DNA from: a candidate division GN15 bacterium
GTDB lineage: Bacteria; Zixibacteria; MSB-5A5; GN15; FEB-12
Direction of reading: 5' to 3'
NCBI GenBank assembly: GCA_014727815.1
Contig: WJMS01000066.1
Location: forward strand, 1-52,100
Length of the DNA stretch: 52,100 bases
Each line of letters opens with the position of its first letter. Positions within the stretch are counted from its first letter, which is position 1. The notes under the pieces were generated by a model. That model made no database searches. It was given only the letters and a program-made list of their open reading frames with translations, and was not told the origin of the DNA. Positions 45,247 through 52,100 of this stretch are shown here, piece after piece. Position numbers and translations under genes: made by a program.

Positions 45247-46692
45247 ATGACAGACTTTAACTTATATTCAGTCAACTGGCAGGATGGGATGCTCATCACG
45301 CAGCAGCATCTCAAGGATCAGGAACGTTATGTCCGCGATCTCACCCGCTGGTACAGCGTCACCGCGGGCGACCGCTACGGCCTCGTCAAACGCGCGGCCG
45401 ACAAACCGGCTCTCTCGATGAATTTCTCGGTCGCCGGCTCCCGGTTACGGGTGGAACTGAACCGATGCCAGGCGGTCACTCCCGGCGGTCACTATATCGA
45501 AATCAATGAAGGCAACCGCAGCACCCTGGCAGCAGAGACCGAACTCGGCGAGGCCACCACCCCGGTTTACATCCGGGTCAACCCGGAAAGCCGCCAGCCG
45601 GTCGGCGACCCCGACCCGCAGGAAGCGGTCCCCCGCCTGCCCTACCAGATCAGCAGTTGCGAACTCTCCCTTGGCCAGAAACCATCGGCGCCGGCCGGCG
45701 AAGTTCTCCAGGTCGCCCTGCTCGACCAGTCCGGTGGCGAAGTAAAACTGGCTCCCGGCTACTTCGCGCCCTGCCTCAACATTACCGCCGACGAACAACT
45801 CGCGGGCCGGGCGGTCGATCTGCGCAATCGCCTCGAGAACCTGCTCTCGCTCGCCTCGCGCGCCTACAGTGCGATAGCCACCGCCGGCGCGCTCTCGGAT
45901 CAGAGTTCCAGCCTGCAGGTCGCGTTCAAGGAAACGATGTATCATTTCGGCTATCACATGGCCGCCTCGCTCGATCAGTTCCAGACCGGCCGCAACGCCG
46001 GCCACCCGATCGAGATGATTATCTTCTTCAAGCGCCTCTTCCGGGTCTTCTCGACGCTGCTCAACTTCCGCCCGGAACTGAAGGACTATCTCAATGAGCG
46101 CTTTTTCGTCAAGGAACAGCAGTCCGATGTCGGTCAGTTTATGGCCTCGGTCGACGCCTTCCTGCTGGCCGAGTACAATCACGAAGATATCGGCGGCCAG
46201 GTCGCCATGATTGACAGCACCGTCACCACCCTGCGCGGCATCCTCGGTTTCCTCGCCCAGCTTCGCCGTGAACAGCTGGGCGATCAGGCCGTCGCGACCG
46301 ATAGTATGACCTATGGCGGCAAGACCTATCGCCTGGCGGCGTACGATGCCGCCCAGACCGAACAGGTCGGCGAATTGAGCTACCTGATGATACAGTTCCA
46401 GTCGGCCCGGCCGATCAGCGACACGGTGATCCTGATGTCCAAGCAGCTCTTCTCGATCGCCGAATGGAACAACATGCAGGTCCGTATCGGCCTCAACGAG
46501 GCGCGCGGACTCGGCGAGACCGACCCGGTCGATGTCGACACCGTCACCTACGGCGACAAGGTCGCTCTGCACGCCCAGGACATGCTGCAGTCGCCGTCGG
46601 TTGGCAAGATCACGCTTATCTTCCGGGGCGCCCGCGAACCGGAGAAACTTTCGGCGCTGCATCAGTCGGATTTGTTCGTATATGCTGTGTAA
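45247..46692 (+). CDS. tssK: baseplate-membrane connector TssK
   Basis: The N-terminus VNWQDGMLITQQHLKDQERY matches the TssK V.W.EGM.L.PQHFQQ.DRY signature. Size is 481 aa. Confidence 0.65.
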   Translation: MTDFNLYSVNWQDGMLITQQHLKDQERYVRDLTRWYSVTAGDRYGLVKRAADKPALSMNFSVAGSRLRVELNRCQAVTPGGHYIEINEGNRSTLAAETELGEATTPVYIRVNPESRQPVGDPDPQEAVPRLPYQISSCELSLGQKPSAPAGEVLQVALLDQSGGEVKLAPGYFAPCLNITADEQLAGRAVDLRNRLENLLSLASRAYSAIATAGALSDQSSSLQVAFKETMYHFGYHMAASLDQFQTGRNAGHPIEMIIFFKRLFRVFSTLLNFRPELKDYLNERFFVKEQQSDVGQFMASVDAFLLAEYNHEDIGGQVAMIDSTVTTLRGILGFLAQLRREQLGDQAVATDSMTYGGKTYRLAAYDAAQTEQVGELSYLMIQFQSARPISDTVILMSKQLFSIAEWNNMQVRIGLNEARGLGETDPVDVDTVTYGDKVALHAQDMLQSPSVGKITLIFRGAREPEKLSALHQSDLFVYAV

Positions 46693-46710
46693 CACAACCG
46701 GACGGCTACC

Positions 46711-47637
46711 GTGGCACTTGAGATAAAGACATACATCGATAACCTCTTCGCCTACCTCGACCGCTTCGAAAACTCATACGAGCAGTTCGAGACCGAGGCG
46801 TTCCTGCAGACCTACAACGGCATCATCGCCGTCTTCCAGGCTCTTCGGCAGCAGCGCAACGAGGCGATCGAGGTCGACCAGTACTTCCTCTCGAAGATTC
46901 GTCAGAATCCGCTGACCAGCTCCGATTTACGGCAGCTGACCGTCCAGGTGTTGATCACCTTCTTTGAATCGGAAGCCGACACCGACGGCCAGTCAGCGCA
47001 GGCCTACGGCCACGTCCGCGGCCTTCGCCCGGTCAAGCAGGACATCCCCTTTTTCGAGAATCACCTGGTTCCCTTGTTGTTCGCCGATGGCGGCCTGAAC
47101 AACAACTTCCGCCTGCGCAAATTCCTGGTCGATGAAATCGCTCGCTACATGAACAAGTTCGGTCGGAAACTGCAGCCGAACCTCTCCCCCGAGGATTTCC
47201 AGGCGCTCAGCGATCCGCTCAAGATTCTCGAGCTGGCCCGTCGTCGCCGTGAACTCGGCGAGCAACTCATCGCTGATCGTGACAGCCTCGAATTTCATCT
47301 GCAGCGCATCGAGTTCTTCAACAAGCTCGGCGCCAGAAACCGGCTGCTCGACCAGTTCCTGCGCGAATGGGACTACATCAAAACGACTGATTTCTGGGCC
47401 AAAGTCAAAACGGCTGTCGGTGAACTGGGTGGCAAGATCCGCGGCGCCTTCTCCAGCTTCGGCTACCTGCGCCTGATCCTCACCCAGCGCAACCCGGCCT
47501 ACCTGCTGTACGGCGTCGTGATCGTTTTGTTCATCTTCCTGGCGATCTACGTACCACTGGCCTGGCAGGATCACACCAATGACAAGCTGCACGAATTCCA
47601 GGAGCGAGCCAACACCCTGCAATCGAGCGGCAAATAG
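46711..47637 (+). CDS. uncharacterised tail-anchored inner-membrane protein (helical cytoplasmic domain plus single C-terminal TM)
   Basis: About 260 predicted helical residues are followed by AYLLYGVVIVLFIFLAIYVPLAW (47497-47565) and a 23-aa tail. GTG start 18 nt after tssK. I recognise no family motif. Confidence 0.6.
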   Translation: MALEIKTYIDNLFAYLDRFENSYEQFETEAFLQTYNGIIAVFQALRQQRNEAIEVDQYFLSKIRQNPLTSSDLRQLTVQVLITFFESEADTDGQSAQAYGHVRGLRPVKQDIPFFENHLVPLLFADGGLNNNFRLRKFLVDEIARYMNKFGRKLQPNLSPEDFQALSDPLKILELARRRRELGEQLIADRDSLEFHLQRIEFFNKLGARNRLLDQFLREWDYIKTTDFWAKVKTAVGELGGKIRGAFSSFGYLRLILTQRNPAYLLYGVVIVLFIFLAIYVPLAWQDHTNDKLHEFQERANTLQSSGK

Positions 47638-47664
47638 CGACATGAACAAAGGCAGCAAGTAACC

Positions 47665-49875
47665 GTGGGCATCGGCAAGATATTCGGATTTCTCAAGAAA
47701 GGCGCCAAAGCCGCCTCGAAAAGCAAAGGCAAGGACGCCGGCGGCATTGAATGGCCCGATGGTATCCGGGTCGGCCTCTACGGCCACGCCAACTCCGGCA
47801 AGACCGTCTACTACACGGTCCTCAACGAAGAGTGCAAGATCGCCAAGGACCTGCAAATCTCCGTTACCGACAACGCCACGTCCGGTGAATTCCTCGCCAA
47901 TTACCGGGCCATCTGGGGCCTGGGCGTCACCAGCGATGTCGGCACGATGGTCGACCAGCGCGGCGAACAGCGCTTCCCCGACCCGACCGCCAGCGGCAAG
48001 GTCCTCCAGTTCAATGCCATCCTCGATCGCTCCAAAAAGGTCTCGGTCGTCTCGTACGACTATCCCGGCGACGCCATCTCGATTTCCGAACGCACCGACC
48101 TCACCGAAACCGTCACCGACTTCATGGGCGGCGCCGATGGCCTCCTGTTCTTTTTTGATCCGAAAACTTTGCAGGCCGAGCTGCAGACCCAGGCGCATGT
48201 CGCCTCGTTTGTCGCCATGCTCGAACGCCTTGCCCCGCTGAAAGCCCGCCTCCCGATCCCGATCGCCCTCGTGATCACCAAGTCCGACCTGCTCGATGGG
48301 TTCAGCGGCGACAACCAGGTCGTGCTCGTGCCGGGCGACCTCGAACATATCCTGGCCGAAGATTTCGAACGTTTCCTCGACGAGGTTCTCTCCAGCAACC
48401 AGATTGCGTCCAACCCGGCCTGGGCCGGCAGTGTCCGCAATATTTTGGTCAAGCTGCGCGAGTTTCTTAAAGTCGTCGTCGGGCGCACGCTTGATTTCCA
48501 GATCTTCTTTGTCTCGGCCACCGGCACAACCCCGGAGAAAATCGGGACCGATGTCGGCCGGTCGATTTACAAGCCACCCCAGCGAATCACCCCGGTCGGT
48601 GTCAAGGAACCGTTTTACTGGCTGCTCAATACCGTGCTGCGCAACCGGCGTATTTCGGTCTTCCGCAAGATATCGAAGTATGCCGCGATGCTCTCCATCA
48701 TCTGGATCATCGTCTTCTCCGTGCCTTTCCTCTGGCACTTCAGCTACCTGCTGCCGAAAGCGACCGATGTTGAGGAAAGTGTGATCGAGCAGTACGATGG
48801 CAACGTCTTCAGCAGCAGTGTCGACGATCGCCGCCGCATCAAAAATGCGTACGACCGATACGAACGCTCCTGGACCGTCAAGTGGTTCTTCCCGCGCTTC
48901 ATACCGCCGGCCGACCGCGTCCAGGCTTTTTACAGCAAGTTTAACACGCAGGAAGCCCTGGCCCAGCTCGATCGGGTGATCAACCGCATGGCCTCGGTCG
49001 TGCAGGACAGCACCCTCTGGCCGAAACTGAATCCGAGCGACTCCTCGATCCACCTCGATACCGAGCATGAACAGATCCTCGCCGACCTGGAATCGTATCA
49101 CAGCGGCGACGAGTCTTCGCCGCTCTACGCCCGCAGCGACCGCGCCCTCGAATACTGGAAGCTGCTTGAGCGCTTCGTCGCCAATCGCGCCGACACCGCC
49201 GCCTACAATGCGATAGTCGAGCAAACCCGGTTCAACGAGCGCACCTATGGTCGCGATCTGAGCGCGGCCGAGAAGACCCTCGCCCAGGCGCTCGTAACCA
49301 ATCTCAAGGTCAAGACCGAGCGGAAAGTACAGCAAGAGGTCGCCCAGCGGGCCGGTGTCGAGCTGGGCGATCTGATCAAACGGATCAACAGCAACGAGCG
49401 CGCCTCCTATCGGCTCGGGGAAGCTGTCACCGAACTGCGCCGTCTGCGGTCGCAACTCGATCCCGGCGTCGATGCCGAAAGCATCCGCGCGATCGACCGC
49501 TACCTCAGCGAGGCCGACAAGTGGAATCGGCGCCGCGTCTTCGAATACAAAGTTGAAACGATCCCCGGCCAGGGCCATCTGCACATCGAGGTCACCTCCG
49601 GCGGCAAGGATGCAACCTGGTCGGACCAGTCCCAGATTCTGCAGGGCTGGGAGTACTCGTTGAGCTGGAAGGTCGGCGATGACGTCCATATCGCCATCGA
49701 CACCCTCGGCGCCCCGGAGATGTGGGGCAAATCGGCCAGTGACAAGAAAATCATGACCGGCAGGTATTCGCTGTTCAATCTCGACGGTGAGATCAGCTTC
49801 GACAATATCGGCAAGACCGTGACCATTCGCTTCAATCCGCCGTTGAACAGCATGCTTCCGGAACTACGAAAGTAA
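47665..49875 (+). CDS. uncharacterised membrane-anchored P-loop GTPase with large periplasmic domain
   Basis: G1 GHANSGKT (47782-47805), G3 DYPGD (residues 132-136), G4 TKSD (205-208) and G5 SAT (284-286). One TM, YAAMLSIIWIIVFSVPFLWHFSYLL, at 48679-48753. A 373-aa C-terminal region is helical and then beta-rich. The N-terminus is basic and amphipathic. GTG start. Confidence 0.65.
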   Translation: MGIGKIFGFLKKGAKAASKSKGKDAGGIEWPDGIRVGLYGHANSGKTVYYTVLNEECKIAKDLQISVTDNATSGEFLANYRAIWGLGVTSDVGTMVDQRGEQRFPDPTASGKVLQFNAILDRSKKVSVVSYDYPGDAISISERTDLTETVTDFMGGADGLLFFFDPKTLQAELQTQAHVASFVAMLERLAPLKARLPIPIALVITKSDLLDGFSGDNQVVLVPGDLEHILAEDFERFLDEVLSSNQIASNPAWAGSVRNILVKLREFLKVVVGRTLDFQIFFVSATGTTPEKIGTDVGRSIYKPPQRITPVGVKEPFYWLLNTVLRNRRISVFRKISKYAAMLSIIWIIVFSVPFLWHFSYLLPKATDVEESVIEQYDGNVFSSSVDDRRRIKNAYDRYERSWTVKWFFPRFIPPADRVQAFYSKFNTQEALAQLDRVINRMASVVQDSTLWPKLNPSDSSIHLDTEHEQILADLESYHSGDESSPLYARSDRALEYWKLLERFVANRADTAAYNAIVEQTRFNERTYGRDLSAAEKTLAQALVTNLKVKTERKVQQEVAQRAGVELGDLIKRINSNERASYRLGEAVTELRRLRSQLDPGVDAESIRAIDRYLSEADKWNRRRVFEYKVETIPGQGHLHIEVTSGGKDATWSDQSQILQGWEYSLSWKVGDDVHIAIDTLGAPEMWGKSASDKKIMTGRYSLFNLDGEISFDNIGKTVTIRFNPPLNSMLPELRK

Positions 49876-49905
49876 TAACGCACGCAGAGCATAAGGATGT
49901 CAGCT

Positions 49906-50436
49906 ATGGCAGGCAGACTACGTTCCCGCAGGTGGGTCAGCGTCGCGGCGATCGGACTCGCCCTGATGGCGCTTACCGTCAACACCACCGCAGCCACCTT
50001 CCAGCTCCCCGCCGGCACCCCGGTGGCCGTCACCTTCGCCGCCAACCAGCCGATCAGCTCCGGCGATGTCATCAGCGGTGTCCCGCTGGTCATCACCCTC
50101 GCCGAACCGATCAAGCTGGGCGACCGGGTGCTGGTTGAAGCCGGCGCCGAGGGCAAGGCGATGGTTACGGATGTCAAGAAGGCATCGGCGCCCGGCAACC
50201 CCGGCATGATCCGGGTCGAGTTTCAGGAGATCGATACCAAGGGTGAGTTTGCGACTACCGATGGTTCCTCGATCAAACTGACCGGCGCCGTCGAGATGGA
50301 AGGTAAAGGCAAAAAGACCCTCGCCTTCATTACGATCATCGGCATTCTCTTCATCAAGGGCGGCCAGGGCGAAATCCCGGCCGACAGCACCTACAGCGCC
50401 GAAGTAGCTGAAACGATCGTATTGACCAGCCCGTAA
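49906..50436 (+). CDS. small secreted/periplasmic beta-rich protein, unknown function
   Basis: Signal-like MAGRLRSRRWVSVAAIGLALMALTVNTTAA, with no lipobox Cys. AAGGA lies 8 nt before the ATG at 49906, so the track start 49897 sits too close to the RBS. It is the last gene of the T6SS transcription direction. Confidence 0.5.
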   Translation: MAGRLRSRRWVSVAAIGLALMALTVNTTAATFQLPAGTPVAVTFAANQPISSGDVISGVPLVITLAEPIKLGDRVLVEAGAEGKAMVTDVKKASAPGNPGMIRVEFQEIDTKGEFATTDGSSIKLTGAVEMEGKGKKTLAFITIIGILFIKGGQGEIPADSTYSAEVAETIVLTSP

Positions 50437-50460
50437 GATTCCTTCGAGCAGATCGACCAC

Positions 50461-50493
50461 AAACGAAAAGGGCCGGCGCATCCGCACCGGCCC
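50461..50493 (-). terminator. terminator hairpin between convergent genes
   Basis: GGGCCGG (50470-50476) pairs with CCGGCCC (50487-50493). On the minus strand it is followed by TTTTCGTTTGT, downstream of the LRR gene stop at 50519. It may also serve the plus-strand gene ending at 50436. Confidence 0.5.
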
Positions 50494-50518
50494 TTCCTGT
50501 ATGTCTCGCCGTTGCTCG

Positions 50519-52093
50519 CTATCTGCCGAAATACACCGTCACCTGGTACAGCGTATCCAGCAGCGGAATGTACTCGTCGATCGACACCCGATTGAGCGGG
50601 TTGCCCGTCAAATCGACAACATTATACTGTCCCAGTGACCCTTGCTCGGCCATCTGCACCAGTGGCGCGATGTCCGTGATAGCATTGTTGTTGAGGTAAA
50701 GCTGGGTTGGATTGGTCAACTGCGTCAGCGGTGTCAGATCCGAAACAGCATTGCTTCGAATGTACAACCGACCGAGATTGGGCAGGCCGGCCACGAAATC
50801 CAGATTGCTGATCGAATTCTGATCCAGCCGGAGCGTACGAAGCACCTCGGAGCCGCCCAGTGTGGCCATGTCGGCATCATCCAGTCGACAGGACTCGAGA
50901 TTGATATACCGAAGTCGCTCGATTGTCGAAAGCGGCGCCAGGCTGCTGATATCACCATTGAACGGCAGGCTCAACTCCCTCAGCAGCCGCAGCCCAGACA
51001 GCGGTGACAGGTCGCTGATCGAGTTGTAGCCCAGGCCGATCAACTCGGCATTGGCAAACGTCTCCATACCCGCTATGGACTCGATCCCGTACTCATCTGC
51101 ATTGAAGAAGCGAATGTCCACCACCTGCGAGAGCAGGATCGGCGGATTGGCATCAAGTGCAGAGGCAACGGCTTCGGCCAGCTGCGGGTCCGGGAACATC
51201 ACAACACTGTCCGGCGCCGCGATTAATTGCACCCGGGATTCCTCCAGGTACACTTCCGCCGTCGGAATCGTATCTTCATCGACGTCCACCAGGGACAACT
51301 CGAGAAAACGCAGATCGACCATCGGATTGAAGTCGCCGACCACCGTCCGCGTGTCAAAGACGATCGACGCTATCGTACCGTTGCCGTCGGCGTTTACCAC
51401 TCTGCCGCCGAGTGTATCGACCGCCACCACGATGAACTCCGTGTCATCGTTGAACAGGCCGGCTGTGAACTCGACTCTGTTCGAGTCAAGTGTCGGAGAT
51501 AATCGTCCTTCCCGCGGTTCGAGATACTGTATCTCATCGAAGTAGCCGAAATCAACCGATACCGCGATACCTGCCAGATTGGGAATATTATGCACGGTCA
51601 AATCGAGTGTCAGCGGTTCACCCGCGCGCACCTCGCTGTACTTCGGTGACAACCGAACCATCGGCACCGTCGGCTGCAGATTGATCTCAATCTCCACCAC
51701 CACATCCGGCGCCACTGCCTGCTCGGTCACCCCCTGGTAGATGACCTGGGTGATCGTATCAGCCGTGGTCTGGGTGCTGTCGTAATTGATCGCAAGGATC
51801 TCTTCGGCCGTCAGAATGAACGTCAACCGACTGCCGGCCGGTACCTCCACCTCACCATAGAAATTCTGATCCTCAAATGGGAATACATACGATGAGTCAA
51901 ACAGTGGCCCGACCACCCGCAGCCGAAAGATGTCGATCTGCTGCAGGAACGCGTCGGTCGCCAGCGTCGGATTCAGGGCGATATTGCCGCCGCCCGGAAG
52001 CGTACTGTTGGTCGGCCGCTTCGAACACCCCCACACCACCAGCAGCGCAGCCAGTAGTGCGACAAGTACGGTGAGAAGTATACGTCGTTTCAT
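50519..52093 (-). CDS. lipoprotein with cohesin-like beta-sandwich domain and C-terminal internalin-type leucine-rich repeats
   Basis: MKRRILLTVLVALLAALLVVWGC lipobox. A middle segment (LTVHNIPNLAGIAVSVDF) is cohesin-like. The C-terminal roughly 22-residue LRR units read L..L..L.L..N.I.D(L/I).PL. Confidence 0.75.
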   Translation of the reverse strand: MKRRILLTVLVALLAALLVVWGCSKRPTNSTLPGGGNIALNPTLATDAFLQQIDIFRLRVVGPLFDSSYVFPFEDQNFYGEVEVPAGSRLTFILTAEEILAINYDSTQTTADTITQVIYQGVTEQAVAPDVVVEIEINLQPTVPMVRLSPKYSEVRAGEPLTLDLTVHNIPNLAGIAVSVDFGYFDEIQYLEPREGRLSPTLDSNRVEFTAGLFNDDTEFIVVAVDTLGGRVVNADGNGTIASIVFDTRTVVGDFNPMVDLRFLELSLVDVDEDTIPTAEVYLEESRVQLIAAPDSVVMFPDPQLAEAVASALDANPPILLSQVVDIRFFNADEYGIESIAGMETFANAELIGLGYNSISDLSPLSGLRLLRELSLPFNGDISSLAPLSTIERLRYINLESCRLDDADMATLGGSEVLRTLRLDQNSISNLDFVAGLPNLGRLYIRSNAVSDLTPLTQLTNPTQLYLNNNAITDIAPLVQMAEQGSLGQYNVVDLTGNPLNRVSIDEYIPLLDTLYQVTVYFGR

Positions 52094-52100
52094 CGTGTGC

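Noticed and set aside
35354-46692. Interpretation as a prophage tail, tailocin or extracellular contractile injection system
   Set aside because: A two-subunit sheath (TssB and TssC), ClpV and TssK are all present. There is no tape measure, tail fibre, tube-initiator/LysM, cap, capsid, terminase or lysis gene. These features point to a cell-anchored T6SS rather than an eCIS or phage tail.
29379-46695. Other long minus-strand ORFs inside the T6SS locus (29379..30371, 34295..35302, 36733..37908, 38748..39893, 40892..42250, 45445..46695)
   Set aside because: All lie antisense to genes with clear family signatures (the OmpA-like effector candidate, the PAAR-extension paralogue, ClpV, TssC, VgrG, TssK). 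They show the same shadow-ORF composition, and none has an RBS or a domain motif.
46993-49689. 898-aa minus-strand ORF, the longest alternative frame in the window, opposite the two uncharacterised T6SS-tail genes
   Set aside because: I considered it seriously because the plus-strand genes have no known family. The plus frames, however, carry an ordered G1-G5 GTPase motif set, clean TM helices, and start positions consistent with the operon. The minus product is D/E/G/A/L/V/R-rich without motifs or TM segments, and it runs across the 47637-47665 intergenic gap. Ribosome profiling would settle the question.
49897-49990. Twin-arginine (Tat) signal in the small secreted protein (RLRSRRWVSV)
   Set aside because: An RR pair is present, but the surrounding residues do not fit S/T-R-R-x-F-L-K well. 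I cannot distinguish Sec from Tat by eye, so it is left as a generic signal peptide.
1-52100. Search for CRISPR arrays, IS elements/transposases, integrases, tRNA/rRNA genes and long direct or inverted repeats flanking the T6SS locus
   Set aside because: None was recognised by eye on either strand. The T6SS block has GC content and codon style similar to the trp operon next to it. There is therefore no sequence evidence here for recent horizontal acquisition, and I make no mobile-element call.

Overview
High-GC (roughly 60%) bacterial chromosomal segment in two parts. Positions 1-27.8 kb carry housekeeping and envelope genes. These are a periplasmic thiol-redox pair (redoxin lipoprotein and a DsbD-like reductase), a PlsC-GNAT fusion acyltransferase, cysK-cysE, a GH1 beta-glucosidase, a GT21-like glycosyltransferase and a metallophosphoesterase. 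They also include a marR-SDR-RND efflux operon and a complete trpEGDCFBA operon with a translationally coupled DAHP synthase. The trp operon is preceded by a leader peptide with four consecutive Trp codons and an intrinsic terminator. Positions 27.9-50.4 kb are one co-directional type VI secretion (T6SS) locus. It opens with a cargo module: an extended PAAR protein, a 1166-aa OmpA-like/HExxH candidate effector, a beta-propeller lipoprotein, a DUF1795-like protein and a stand-alone paralogue of the PAAR C-terminus. It continues with ClpV split into two ORFs, then TssB, TssC, Hcp, VgrG, TssE, TssF, TssG and TssK. I see no TssA, TssJ, TssL or TssM by eye. Three uncharacterised envelope genes follow tssK: a tail-anchored helical protein, a membrane-anchored GTPase with a large periplasmic domain, and a small secreted protein. 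This is the most interesting candidate for an undescribed T6SS membrane-complex variant. A lower-GC, roughly 0.8 kb non-coding island (19.2-20.05 kb) between marR and the trp leader holds several unexplained promoter-like, palindromic and terminator-like elements. No rRNA, tRNA, CRISPR array, transposase or integrase was recognised. All functional calls come from motif and family recognition by eye; no database search was run.
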